A stretch of 63,196 nt of DNA, filler included, from Intoshia linei (lineage: Eukaryota > Animalia > Orthonectida): assembly GCA_001642005.1 (NCBI GenBank). It is 7 parts of 7 records of this genome, joined end to end, with 100 filler letters (N's around TTAATTAATTAA, not from the genome) between each part and the next. Parts side by side here need not be neighbours in the genome. Positions count along the whole stretch, not along the records: positions 1 to 24,661 come from LWCA01000529.1; 6 more parts are not named here. One strand, 5' to 3'. This document shows, one piece after another, positions 1 through 14,100 of this stretch (the first letter of the stretch is position 1; each line of letters opens with the position of its first letter). The notes beneath the pieces are model-generated. The model did not search any database. It was not told the origin of the DNA and saw only the letters and a program-made list of their open reading frames with translations. The translations under genes and the position numbers were made by a program.

Positions 1-1063
1 AATACTACATCACAACGATAACCTCAATATTGAAGCATATCAGGCTAATGATATACACTGTAATCAACTAAAGGCATTCGTGAATCAAAAAGTAACTTTA
101 ACTAGGACGAATCCATATTACAAGCAAAAAAATCTAATTTCCATACATAACACTATCTCGACAAGAAATTCGAATAATTGCACCAAATTCCTTGTGAGAC
201 AAATTAATTGAGGAATTCCACAAAGATAATCTGGCAGCACACTCTAGCCATTCGTAAAATAACTCACGCTTTTAAACGAGATTTTTATTGTAAATAATTG
301 GAAGAACGAGTCAAAGATATCAGATCTTGCGAGAAATGTAACATATATAAAACATGGAGACGTATACATAACTATCCATTGAAACAAGTGAAAACGTAGT
401 GCTTTAACGATTTATGGCAGCTGGACTTTGCTAGCCCTCTACCAGGGACAGAAAATGGAAATCGTTACATGTTAGTAATGGTAGATCACTATTCGGGTTG
501 GCCGGAAATATTCCCAATAGAATCAATAACGGCGGAAAATGTTGTACATCATATAATGAATGATATAGTAGCTAGGTTCGGTGTCCCATATCGAATTCAC
601 ACAGACATGTGCAGTCAATTTGAATCTAAAATAGTAAACGAGTTATGCTCCCCTCTTCCTCATATGTGATGTATCTGATTAATGTATCTTCCTCATTTAA
701 TGACTATATTGAAAGCAAAACTCTTAATTCTGCGACGGATGACTTTAATAATAGTTACGAGCAATTAACACCAAATAATACACACAGTAGCTCCATCGCA
801 ATTACACCTAAACGTAAACGCGTTTTCCCAAAAAAGTTCGACAATTTTTATACAGGTACGGATTATTTGACAAAAGTATCAACCCTGTTCCAATACGAAC
901 TGAGAGGGAGGTGTAGCGTTAGTGATAACAACACATTTCAATTTGATAGAATCTTTATTTCCACTTAGACGAGACACAAGATTATATATAGAATTAAACC
1001 CTTCAAAATATATTTTATTGTAAAATAAACGAACTCACACTATAATCATATTCATATTATACA
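1..1063 (+). mobile_element. Ty3/Gypsy LTR retrotransposon 3' remnant (degenerate integrase, PPT, short 3' LTR)
   Basis: Integrase core LWQLDF..PLP..ENGNRYMLVMVDHYSGWPE..RIHTD..SQFES with stops/frameshifts; C-terminal PKRKRVFPKKFDNF; purine tract GAGAGGGAGG at 902-911 followed by TGTAG at 912; AATAAA near 1024; TACA end at 1063. Confidence 0.88.
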
Positions 1064-1082
1064 AAATAAATTTGAATCTTAC

Positions 1083-1659
1083 TGGATTTTCGCTTTTCAG
1101 CCATATTGTATTCTTAAATTTAGTGATGATTCAAATTGTTTTAAATTATACCATCAAGTTTATGTCAACATAGTTACATTGATATTTATTATTATTTTAT
1201 GTTGGTGTATCCATGGTGATTATCATTTTTCAAATTTTTTACTTTACTTACCACAGGGACTGTTATAGGCGTCAGGAATCGGCCACCTACTATAGTACCC
1301 TGTAATGAATCTTTATTTTAAGTTTATTCAAAACCTAATTTTATAATTAAATATTAAAAATTTGAATTTACTCGGAATTTTGTTCCTAAATCAAGTAAAA
1401 TGTAATTAATTACAGATACATACATGTATTCGTAATATGACATAACTAAATTATATCATTGTCATCCAAGGTACTTAACTACTTTCTTGAATTGCTAAAT
1501 CGAAAAAAATTTTATTTACTTACATTAATCATTAAGTTAATGTCTCTTTCCAATAACAAAGAAATGTTGAACAAACAATTTGAGCACCAAAAAAATTATA
1601 AAATTGGAAATTAAAAAAATAGAAATTGCACTAATTGTGAGTAACCCTTTACACGACAT
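1083..1659 (-). CDS. Putative micro-exon gene with N-terminal hydrophobic segment; 3' end not seen
   Basis: ATG at 1659 gives MSCKGLLTISAISIFLISNFIIFLVLK; regularly spaced GT..AG introns of about 29-38 bp define candidate exons 1577-1659, 1524-1545, 1483-1494, ~1420-1445, 1372-1385, 1252-1299, 1083-1112; frame after exon 4 is ambiguous. Confidence 0.45.
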
Positions 1660-3239
1660 TTTCCTGGTTTAAAGTTCAAAATATGTTTAAATGATTTATT
1701 TTTATTTATAAATAACCCATTTCCTCATTGTACAGTTAAAACCTTTAATGACGACTTGAATTTTAAAATAGAAAAGATTAAAGAAAAATATTAATAAAAT
1801 TAAAAAAATGTTTATATCTGCAGGTATTTGACATTTGAAATAATGATTGAGTGCTTTGATATTTAATATTGTTCATATTAAAAGATTTAAAAATTTTTGA
1901 ATGGAAAGTTGGCTGTAAAGAAAATACAAATGTACTTGGTATTATCTATACATTCAATTAAATCAGCATGTATAAATATGTAAAATGCAACACAATATGA
2001 AATAAAAATTATTGCTTCTCATGTGTCACATTCAAAGATATTTAGAAATTTGATCTTGTATATCGCAAGTCAAATTGAAAATTTACAAATCGTCTATATT
2101 AAATTTTAATTCCTAAACTGCATACAAATTAAATTAAAATTGAAATAAATCATTGTTTAATTTGTTTCAATACACTGTTTATTTATTTGAATACACTTTT
2201 GAAAAATTAAAGAAATAGAGTAGAATTATTCTCGTAATTACATTACGAGAATTGGAATTATAAAAATCTTCATTAGATATACTACAACTGTAGCATAATC
2301 TAGCAATTAAATTCTAGTTTCGCTATAACCTCAAGCAGATTATTGTAATTTGAATCAATTATTCTATTAAATAAATTTAATTTTTCCTGTTCTATTTATC
2401 AATATTTTTAATTGTACAATATTTAAAAAGTATAAATTTATTTTATGCGGTCATAAAACACTTTGCGTTATTTTAACATTGATTTAGAAAATTAACAATT
2501 TTAATTACAAAGTCACATTTGTTATTCTTGTTTTTTCTAGTATTGATTGACAATTGATTTTACAGCAGGGAAAACTAATAAAGTAATGTATTTTTACTTT
2601 AAAAATTTAATTTAGTGATTTTAGGTTACTTTCATTCCATAATACATTTTACATTGTTCAGTTTGGACAAATTGCAATTAATTGACAACTAATACCTGAA
2701 TTCAGTTAGTCATTTGTTCAGTTGTGGAATTTGGTAATTTTAATCATTTTTACAGTTTATTTATTATAATTATTACATTTTTGGCATCACAAATGTGTGA
2801 ATAGTGTTGGTTGAACCAAACTTGCTTCAAGTGTGCATTAAAATTAATAATTAAAATTACAAAAATGTATAGTGTTATCTTGATTATTTTGGTTAAAAGG
2901 ACCAACCATTTTTCTAAATTTTTTTCTAATGTCACCTAGTAATTTAGAGTAATAAGGCCGTCATATCGCCTAGCCACCTTTTCACGTTCCTGCATATGGT
3001 TCTATATGCAAATTAAATAAATGGCCTTATCCACTTTTTAATTTACCCCAATACAAATGGTGATTCAAAATAACTGTGGTATACTATTGTGAAAATTTTA
3101 GTATAAACTGATTCATCAATGTATTATTTTGTACAGTAGAACCGCCTTACTGTGATAGTGGGCATAGTGCCTAAAATTAAAAAAAGTACATTTATTTTAA
3201 AATGTATGATGTTTAAACTTTAACAAATTAGAATTGCAG

Positions 3240-3752
3240 CTTTCGATTAATTGTATGATAGTGTTGTTGAATCAAGTTCTGTTTTTTTCATCTAGTATAT
3301 TCTGCTTTGAGATCTTCATCTTATGATATGCATGGTAAAAATAAATCATATTTTTTTGCGAATTCTCTTAAATCTTCAAAATGATTTGTTTTAAAATAAG
3401 TGAGATGTAGGGAAAATTCTTTCTAAAAAATATGTTGACCACTGAAAAATCGTAGCTTTAGTTCAGCTAAAATAGATTCGACTAAAGGAATTGCAATGTT
3501 AATTTTAAAAAAAGTATCAATGTCCGATTCCTCTATATTTGCTCTGTAGAGTAGAGTAGTAGATGTAGTCTACATCATTATATACATTATATTTATCATT
3601 AAATAAACACTGTAGATGTGCCATTATGAGCCATATATATTGTTTTAATAAATTAAAACCTTTTTCAGTTATTATACAAAACATTAGTTAAATTTTTTTT
3701 TTAATTTAGGGGGTGCAACTGCACCTTTTGCACCCCCTTGGATCTGCCACTG
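3240..3752 (-). mobile_element. hAT (Tip100/Zaphod-like) transposon remnant
   Basis: Minus-strand peptide YRANIEESDIDTFFKINIAIPLVESILAELKLRF resembles the hAT YYR..FIP.LD.I..L..RF block; terminus reads CAGTGGCAGATCCAAGGGG on the minus strand with a GGGGTGCA..TGCACCCC subterminal palindrome. Confidence 0.65.
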
Positions 3753-4154
3753 TTTATAATGGTCAGAAATCGGTGAGGCGCCAATTTGAAATTTCAAAAA
3801 ATTTTAATTTTAATTAAATAATTGTATAGTGATATTTTTACTTTTTTTCAGTGTCCATTTCGAAAAAATTCGATTTTCTCGTCTATTTTCACATTAACTA
3901 TTTAACAATTCGCCACCATACAAAAAAAATTTTTAATGTTGCCTACTTATTGAATTTTTAATTCATAATTGTAGACTTAAAACCGTGGAAAGGTGCTAAG
4001 GTCATTTGTAATATTGGTAATGTTAAAAAATTTCTTAATAAAAATAATAATTTTTTTTATTTATTTTTGTATGTCAAAATTATGATGACCAATGCGATTT
4101 TCCATTTTTAGTCAATAAAGTTTATTTATAAACGATAGATTAAACAATGTAAAA

Positions 4155-4900
4155 AAAAAACCAACAAGAGGGGTATTTAAGTTTTTTTTAACCAAACTTT
4201 TAAAGAGGGTTTTAAGATTTTTTTTTGAACCAAACTACGAAATTGTAAAACTGTGAAATATACACATTCTATGGGCAAATCGTAGAATGTATACATTTCA
4301 TGGATAAGTCGTAGAATGTGTAAAATTTTCATTTATATTTTAATTTTGGGTTTTAGATTTTTTTTTGAACTAAACTTTAAGGTTGTCTTTAAGTTTGGTT
4401 TAAAAAAAATTTTCTATAAACTCTACTTCAAATTTGGTTCAAAAAAATTTCTAAAATAACCACCCTTAAAGTTCTGTTTAAAAAAAATTCCTAAAAATCC
4501 CCCATAAAGTTTGGTTAAAAAAACTTAAAAACCCCTCTTGTTAGTTTAATTTAAAAAAATTCTAAGAAACCCCTCTTGAAAGATTTGTTAAAAAAAAATC
4601 TTAAAACACCCCTTGAAAGTATGGTTCAAAAAAAATTTTCTAAAAACTTCCCTCAAATTTGGTTCAAAAAAATTTCTAAAATAACCACCGTTAAAGTTCT
4701 GTTTTAAAAAAAATTCCTAAAAACCCCCCCATAAAGTTTTGTTAAAAAAAAAATCTTAAAAACCCCTCTTGAAAGTTTGATTCAAATAAAAATTTCTAAA
4801 ACCCAAAATTAAACTAATATTAAAATATAAATTAAATTATACATTCTACGACTTGCCCGTGTAATGTGTACATTTCACAGTTATACACATTCTATGCAAC
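4155..4900. repeat. Foldback-like element: ~110-130 bp inverted arms enclosing ~35-38 bp tandem subrepeats
   Basis: 4250-4360 is an imperfect reverse complement of 4790-4890; the unit CCCTCTTGAAAGTTTGGTTCAAAAAAAATTTCTAAAA recurs about 10 times at 4385-4800 and inverted at 4160-4235. Confidence 0.75.
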
Positions 4901-7900
4901 GTAAAGGGATCTAAAATTTCCATCTGGCCCTTCCTCCATGGTCCTGGGTGTAGTTACTTATTAAAATTTACAAAATGTATAACGGTAATCACGAAACTAA
5001 AAATAATTGTAATTAAAAGTGGTGCACTATATAATCGGTATTTACATTTCTTAGTAATCCAGACTGAATGATATCCCGCCGGGATAATTAATTTTTTGTA
5101 AAAATACTTTTTATCAACTCACATTTACTCATTGGTACATTTAACTAAAATTCGGTAAATAAAGAAAACAATTATAGAATAAAAAAATTGTTTTATTCAA
5201 TTTTACACTTTTGAATTGATTCAAATTTAAAATTGTAATTTACATTCATGTAAATCAGGGTTATGTAAAACGTTGCCTGAGGGTCATAAAGGCCATTTAA
5301 ATTTTTTTGTGTTCCGTTAGCAAATTCATAATTATTAGTAGTAATATTTGTCATAACCGGTTTAAAAAATTTAATGTGAGAGTATTTCATCGTTAAGTTG
5401 TACTACATCAATCACTAAAAATTATGATATATCACTTCTTGCTGTGGTGGAATCGCCCCATAAGTGATTTGTGGATATATTGTGTATAATACAATTTTTT
5501 AAATCAAAAAAAAATTTATTTATTTTCAATTGAATCTGAAATATCTGGATCCTGGATAAGCAGTATAATATTCGTAAAATCAAAAAAATACTAAACTTAT
5601 TTTTGAGCTTATTTCTAAATTTAAATGCATGTATGCTGTAATTATGAATATGTAAACATTAAAAGGAAGAGAAACTAAACTAAACTACATAAACTAAAAA
5701 GATTAAAACCAAGTGAACAAAGTATGACACTTTGTCAATAATATTGGCAAAATATGCAATTTAACTCTTACGAGACTTACTTGTACTTGACCTGCAAATA
5801 CTGGTACATTTTGTAATATCAACTTACCTTAAATATCTTGATTTTTACCATAAATGTGGCCAAACTTTTTTCATTCCAACTGTCAGAATACTTGGCACAA
5901 AATGAGGGTTTTTCCTTTTTGTTGAGGTGTGTAATCCTGTGTTTAAGAATAAAAAATTTTGACAGTAATTTCTTTCGTTAAAATTGGGGTTTATTGATCT
6001 AAATAAAATATGCATTTTTTGTCCGCTTTATTTTAATTATCAGATAAATATGTGATTTAAGGTCCGTTTTATTTACATTTATTTACATTGCAACGTTTAT
6101 TAGTCACAATTGAATTGACTAGCAGATTTGAATGAAATATATAATCTACTCGTTTACTAAATCGTAAATCAATTTTTTTCAACTTGTATGTGATTTATTT
6201 TTTATTGTACACTTTTAATATTTAATTGTAGTTTGAATTTGATTTGATTTTTTACATCATTATTTATCAAAAAATCAATATTATCAGTTTCAATTGTATA
6301 CTTCCATTTTATTATAATTATAATAATATCATCCAAAAATCAAAGCATTATCAAAATATTAGCATTGTACGGTTAAAAATACATCAAATCGGTTCTTTCA
6401 TTCAACGTTGATCATTAGCAAAATACTAAATTTTACTGCGACATGTCGGTTATTTGATACATAATATAATATACATTTGATATCAATATGTAGTTTTAGA
6501 TTTATTGGGATGAAGCGAAATTTTTTATAAATCTGAATTGTATTATTTTATCTAAATTTAATCATATTTAAGATTTTACTTTTTGTGGATAACCTTTTCA
6601 TTTTATTGTGATCATTTCTAGTAAAAATTGTTTAAACTTTAAAGGAATTTTTAAAGGCCCATACACTATCCAGCATTAGTAAATAGAATTATATTCTATT
6701 TTATGGGCATAATAATTATTATAATACTAAATAACTGATTTCTTTGTAAAAATTCACACTTGGACTATTTGAACGGTTTCGATTGTCAATATTTGTTTGA
6801 TTATAAACTTGATTTTTATTATCCGATTGTCAATGTGTCAATTGAAAAAAATATATAAAAAATATGTTTACAGTGACACGCCTATAATGCACATTGATTT
6901 TATCATGTATAAATATTTTGAAACAATCAATTTTATTATTGTTTCAGATTATCTGGTTCAGATATCTTTATGTCAGTTTATAAAATAAATTTGTACATTA
7001 GTAATTAATAATAACATAAAAATACGTTTAATTTATTTAATTATTTGTAAACAAATTAAATTATGTACGCAAGGTACATTTTGTTCATGAAAAGATTTAT
7101 TTTTTTGTATAAACACTGATAGATAGACATCAATGTTATATAAATAAGGAATAAGAAAGTGATTAATGAAAGCGAAATAAAATATAAATAAGTGATTGCA
7201 ATAAATCAGTGGTCGCAACCGTTAGAGTGTAGAATTAAGGTACCAAAAGCAAAAAATGTACATGAATAATATACATTTGAATCATGCATGTATTTGAAGT
7301 TCTATAATATCTAATATACAAAAAGATGATATTTACATTTGCGGTGATACTACATGTAATTAATTGTATTATTAGTCCTGATATTATAATAATAAATGTC
7401 ACACGTTCCAAAACGCTTCTCAAGTTTAAGATTAAATCAAATTAATGAAAACAATAATTTAAATTTTCAGTGGTGTGTATCGTTTTATCTGTCATATTTC
7501 GTAGCTTTTTCAAGCAATGATCAACTAGATTATAAACATGGATCGTATAACCCATATCAATAGACACTTAAAGGTTTTAACTATAGAATTATGACACCTA
7601 AATATTAAGCTTGAGCAGTTAATCATATTCATACTAGGACAACAATTTGTACTGTAAATCTCCATGATTGAATATTTATTTGTAATTTTATAATTATACA
7701 AACATTAATATATTTTACGCCATCCATCAAATCGGTAAGTTTAAGTTTGTAGATTTAGAAAAAGTAATTTTTTAATAATCCATATTCAATAATATAATAA
7801 ATGTATGTTGGAATTTTTTAAATTAACATGTAAAAAAAATCGATCGCCAGTGAACTACCCATGTGCTATAATAATTATAATTATTATAATAGAATTGTAA

Positions 7901-9524
7901 TTAGTTGATATACAGCTACAAATAATGTAACAAGAATATTAATTTAAAATTTAAAATTTTTTCAAAAAGGATCTGTATGCATTGTTTAATCGATCTACAT
8001 TTGTAAAATTATTATGCTAATTATATTTAATATATAAGTTGTAAATTAGCATTTGAAGCCGACATAATTTTTTTAAGATAAATAAAAATTTTTAATTGGC
8101 ATTATGATACTATGTTCCACCAATCGGGATATTTACACGGCACTAATTGGAATGTTAATAGTTAATAGAATGATATATGTTAACATTTTATTATATGACA
8201 ATTTTGACATACTTAAGAAATTTTCCAACATTACGTATTAATAAATTTAAAAGTAGGCCTCTCATGATTGTAAGCCCGGGTTATATGGTCCCTAGCCCCT
8301 GTCACAGCTCTGATTATAAGGCAAACCATATTGACTTTTATGCAACACTGCACTTTATGCAGTTATGCATTATTCAACTCCAAATTTATTCTATTTTTAA
8401 TATTTTTTGGGATCAGGTTGAAAATTTGAAAAGTTACAAAAACGGATAAAAACATTTCAAATATACATTTTTGTATATATAATTTATAATAGCGATCACC
8501 AAAAAGGTCCGCACTGACCCCCACTTTGGGCCACTAGTGCGCCCAGTAAATGTTATGTGTGTCCAGCGAAAAAATGAAAACGAGAAATACACCATTTCAC
8601 AGAATTAGACAGGGTTAGATAAAATTTTTTGATCAGACTAAGTGAGCACCAATGGAAAAAAGGTTGAGAAAAACTTAGATTACACTGTAATGTAATTTTA
8701 TATGAAACGTCTATATATTATCACATTATATATACATACGTTCTTAGGTCAACATTATATTTTTTCTATCGACCCGTATTTCAGCACCGCTAAATTAACC
8801 AATAATTAATTAAAAGTTAATTAAGTGTGAATTAATCGAGAAGTGATAACTAAAAATGTTAAGAAGCACTACATTAGAGGTTCACAGATCGATATTTTCA
8901 AAAAAATAAAATATTATAATTTCATAAAAAAATTTTTCTTGGAAGCATCTATTAATAAGTCAGTATTTCCTAACCGTGGGCCTGAGAATTTTAACGAATT
9001 TATTGAAATTACTAAAACTTTAGATTAATTTTATTTTCATTTTGTACAATACTAGCTCTACTGAGAGCCGAATTTTTTATTTTAAGAACAATTTAATAAT
9101 TGATTTTAAGTTTTTCATGTTGTGATTTATGATAATGCTCATGATTTTAAAAAAATATCCAGAATTTACGTTTTATAAAATGTTGTGACTTTTTTCATTT
9201 TTAAAAAAACGGGTAACTTGGTGGTTTGACCAATAATATGTAAGTCTTTGAGATTGATATTTATGCAAATAGTAATGATGTTAATATGCGTCACAGAATT
9301 TATGTTCTTTATAATTCTATAACACGTTCTATTATTTATTAAAAAAAAAAGTAATTTCGGTTTTTGGTCTTGAAATAATCATTTTCTAAAAATAAAATTG
9401 TCGATAAAACGTGACCCTCGAAAAACTGTATTAGAAATAAATAATTGGTGCTTTTTAATTCTAGGAATTTTAAATTTTTAATTAAACGGTAGTACACAGA
9501 CATTCAATTTTATATACGTTAATC

Positions 9525-9900
9525 TGTAGTTTTTGATTCAAATAGTGTACGGGCCCCCATTTCAAAATATTTATATTTTTGGACCCTAAAGGAATCATGA
9601 CATATAAAACATTTTTGATAAAATGTTTTTTAAAAGATTTTTCTCATAAAATTTTGCAAAATTGGATTTTTCAAAAAAATATTGGAAAAAGAGGATATTT
9701 CCCTTAAGCGTTGCTAAAATTAAATTTTTATTTTGGGGTTGGAATAAGATTAATAAGTTTTCTGATAAGATTGGATAAAATCGTGTTTTTCAAAAAAATG
9801 TTGAAAAAATGGGATTTTTGAAATAATAATGTTCTGGTCGTCTAGATTTTGGGATAAATTCCCGTCATCTAGCTCATCTGTAATAAATATTAAAATACAC
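9525..9900. repeat. Partial copy of the non-autonomous hAT family seen at 21888-24076
   Basis: Shares GATTCAAATAGTGTACG..TTTTTGGACCC with 21900-21950 and internal subrepeats (ATATTGGAAAAAGAGGATA; TTTGGGATAAATTCCC) with 22340-22800. Confidence 0.65.
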
Positions 9901-11109
9901 AAGGTTCGTATAAACTTGTAATAATAAATTTGAAAAATCTTCACTATTTCATCATTTACGCATTCTGAACTAAATTTTTTATTCCGATTTTATAGATATG
10001 AGTTGTATAGTTTTACTTTTTTTCTATATTTTTTTCATGTCAGTGATAAATTAAGATTAACCCAAGAATTTCCAAAATAATTTTACCGCGGACCGATAAT
10101 TTCACATTAAATTTTTCGCGAATCACTTAAAATTTAATGTCAAAGAAACGTCGAAATATTATCACTACATTACCTATCTACGTTCTTAGTTTAATATAAT
10201 TATAAGAATATTATAATATTCTTTCTTTCATTTAAACACCGCTGAATTACCCAATAATTAAAAGTTAATTGACTGTTAATTAATCGAGTAGTAAAAAATC
10301 AAAAATTTTACCGTTTGAGGGGGCACAAGCAAAAAAGGTTAAGGATATACATTTCAGACTTTAAAGTCTAAAGGAAAATTATTGACGATAATTCAAAATC
10401 AAATTTAAAAAATTTCGAAAGAGATAATTTTTAGAATAAAATATGGTTGCAATTTCTAAACGGGTTTAAATAAATTAAAAATATATAAAATAAATGTTAC
10501 ACATGTTATTTATTTATAAATCTAATTATGTATATTGAATAATTAATGATACCGGCTACAATTTCAATTAACCAATGAATCAATGAACTTTATAATTTAA
10601 AAATTAAAACCAGCAAAATTCACAAATACTGAAAATTACAAGTTATAAAATTTGATCAAAAACAGTGAAATGTATAATATACAATCGTAATTATAAAACA
10701 AGTGTAGTTAAAAATGTAGTTAATACAAATAGTTACAACTTGATACACTTGCACAGATTATTAGTCATTTTCTTATTACTCATCTTGTACATTTTCAGGG
10801 ATAATGCAGTAAAAATGACAATTATTGCAATTTACAATAGTTATTTTGCGGATACATTTATATGATGAAATTTAATATCATAAGTTAAAAATAATTAATT
10901 AACTAAAGTAACGCCTCAACAAGTACAAACACGCCTCCAACATAAACAAAATTACATGCTACATTTGTATGCCATTTCTATTCATTCATTATTGTTTCTT
11001 ATACATTACGCTTAATTTTAAAATTATAAATTTATATTTAATATTAAAGTAATTTCTACCTATTAATATTTATTTTGATCACTTTTTAATGTAATTGTTT
11101 TAGATTGAA

Positions 11110-14100
11110 ATGAAAACGAATATAAATTTAATTGTGACTTTTTTAATCCATCAAATACTCCAATCTCAATGCCTAGACGCCGTCATGTACAATAAACATT
11201 ACAAAAAATCTGGTATTTTTTTTAAATTTTAAAATAATATAATTATACTTTACTTATAAAAATATTTGTATTTGTATGAACTTTGTATTATTCAAATTTA
11301 TTTTAATTCAATTTAAATTTGTTTGCTTTTTAACACATTAGATGCAATCCCTAATTGCAACATTTTATATGATAATTCTGTCAGGCAAAAACTTTTTTTT
11401 CAATGTTGTTTTATTTTTAGACAAATAAAACATGTTTGAAATGATTGGTGTATAAAAGCATTTTGGTTGATTGAATTTCTATAATTGAAATTTCATGCAA
11501 ATTTGTAATTTCATATTCAAAAAAATTGAGGTATCCGGTGTATAGAAAAGTATAAATTTGTCTTTATTTTGAGCTGTCATGTTATAAATATCATTTCAAG
11601 TTATTTGCCGCTAATCAGTTGAATTTTCATTTTTTATTTGAAATATTGAATTGTTAAAATATAAAATTGCATGGTAAAATGTAGTACATTTGTAGTTTGT
11701 AATTGTATAGTTTTATTACACGTATTTATTTAAAGTTTACTTAACTCTGTAATTTTCAAAATGACCGCGTTTATGTTGGTTTATCAAAATTTAATTTTCA
11801 TTTTATTGTATCAAATAAAACAATTGTCTTATTTGAATAGATTTCATTTTAGAAATTAAATATTCTTATCTGACACCTGAATCGGCCTGTAATAAACAAA
11901 TGCCCTTTAAATGTTATAGAGTTTACGTCTGTTTTGTATGCTAGCGACAATCTATATATCTTTAGGCTAAATGTCAATTAATAATTGATTAATGTTTATT
12001 TAATCACTTTATCAATGTAATTAATATTTATTATTTAAATGTCACGTGCTCTGTAATGATTATGATATTTACATGTCCTAGAGCAAAATTTTAATTTGTT
12101 TGTTACCGTTAATTTTAATAATAAAATAAAATATTAACCAACAATTAAATTTATAATGTATAATGCTCAGTTTTCAATTTCAAATCTCAATATTACTTTT
12201 TAATTAATTATAAAACTTAAAAAACTTTCTTTACTCACATTACCGGTTCATTTTCTCAATTTGATAATAAATCACAACATGATATGTTATGCCACTTGTA
12301 CTGTTATATTTAAATTTATGTATATTAAAAATTAACTGTGAGTTTTTGGTTCAATTTATAAAATTTTAATTTTTTAAATACGATTTCATATTAAATCGCG
12401 ATGCGGCGTTATTTTAATTGTCTAATTTTATTTACTTTGTTATAAAGTGATTGTAAATATAAATTTTGAGATTCTTATAAAATTGTGGTGCACATTTCGT
12501 AAAAATGAAAAAATAGTTTCAAATTACTTGTAATTGCAATTTACATCAAATTTTAATCAAAATTATTTGATATCAATTTATTTGACTTTATAACCAAATT
12601 TGATGTCTAGAAACTTTTTGTTTTTGTTTTCAGTAAAACTTGTACAATGTACATTACATCATAACGTAGAAATATAGCTACAGTAGGTATACAAAAATAA
12701 AAACATTTACATTATATTTCAAATTATTCAAATAAAATAGCAGTGACGAACTTAAGTGACGTATCCGAGACCCTTGGGGAACCTCAACCAAATTTTTTTG
12801 CAAAATGGGGCCTCAATTTACTTACAATTAAGTATAATATTTTGTACGTTGATACGAAAGGTAATAGAATTTTAATATATTTTTCTTCAAGTTTAGTGTA
12901 TGAATTACACATCTTTGACAAAATTTTGTTATTGATTCTGCAGTATATGCATCTTTCGCGCGTGAATCATTAATTTAGTTTTTAACGGATTAATTTCTGA
13001 ATTTTCAATTTCCCCTCTTCAAATCGTAAAGTATGATGAGAACCACTGGTTTAGATTATATTGGGTGCTTTTACGTTGAGACACTTAATTATAAAATTTT
13101 AGTTTTCATTGTTTTGTTATTTCGATCATTCTTACTTTGCTATCCTTGTGAATTAAAATTTTTAATTTACATTATATCTGGTTTCTACGAAATTTTAGGG
13201 TTAATTATAAGAAATTTAACCTCCATTTAAACCCTAAAAAAATGAGCTATAACTGAATTAAAAAAATCAAACCCATCAAGGGCAACCTAGATATAGAAAC
13301 CAATCCAAAGTTAATAAAATCCCATATAAAGTTATGATCTATATTTATCTTTTTGTAATAATTTTAATTTTTGCATTTTGGGGAGGGTAAATATAAACTG
13401 AAAATGCCACCAGTACGGAAAATTAAAAAAACTTTCACGATCTTTGGATTAAACAATGAATGGAGGAACCTACCGTACCGAGACCCTTTTCAAGAGTATA
13501 TCGACGAAATTTTGTAAATAGTGGCATGATTTTTCCAAGTTGAGCATTAAAAATATTATATTATGTGAATATCATAAGTTAGGGCTTCTCACACTTTTTT
13601 CACGGCAGACCGGTAATAAATTAAAAAATTTACTATGCAAAATTTAAAAAATTTTTGATTAAAACGTAATAAATTGACTTTTAATTAATAAATTAATTTT
13701 TTCAAAATTATTTATCGAACGGGTAAAAATTTTTTACGGACCAGCATTTGAGAAACGCTGTCATAAATCATGATTCATAACTATTTTGTGCGTTAAATGT
13801 AGAATGTCAAATAAAGAGGCTTAGATAGGTGGTTAGGGCAATATGACACTGCATCGTTAGTGAAATTGTTAGGGCCTATTTTTGGGTTCGCCTCTGGGAG
13901 GAACCAAATCATTTTTTTACAATTTTTATCTAGCTGTGGCCCACTTTTAGCTATCTACCTCCGGTTCAATAACTACTGTATTATTATAATAATATTTTCA
14001 AAACAACTTATTTAATATACTATTTTATTTAACGTTTATTGAAATATTTACATTAATTAAGTTTTAAAAGGATTTAAAATTATAATTATCCATGCATAAG

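Larger units (their letters stand above)
2936..5990 (-). other. Possible fragmented multi-exon gene of unknown product, interrupted by TEs
   Basis: Higher-GC islands bounded by minus-strand splice signals near 2940-3085, 4900-4950, 5270-5470, 5780-5790 and 5828-5940; I could not fix one consistent reading frame. Confidence 0.3.

Noticed and set aside
1420-1424. In-frame TGA at a splice junction as recoding or selenocysteine
   Set aside because: Nearby alternative donors remove the stop, and other genes here use TGG for Trp and standard stops
4385-4800. Regular ~36-bp repeats as a possible CRISPR array
   Set aside because: No unique spacers, no cas genes, eukaryotic context; a TE-internal minisatellite
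6797-10865. Short 60-90 aa ORFs in the ORF track (also 12743-15076, 32048, 33818, 35520, 52585, 56506, 56803)
   Set aside because: Low-complexity I/F/K/N/Y translations of AT-rich non-coding DNA with no motifs
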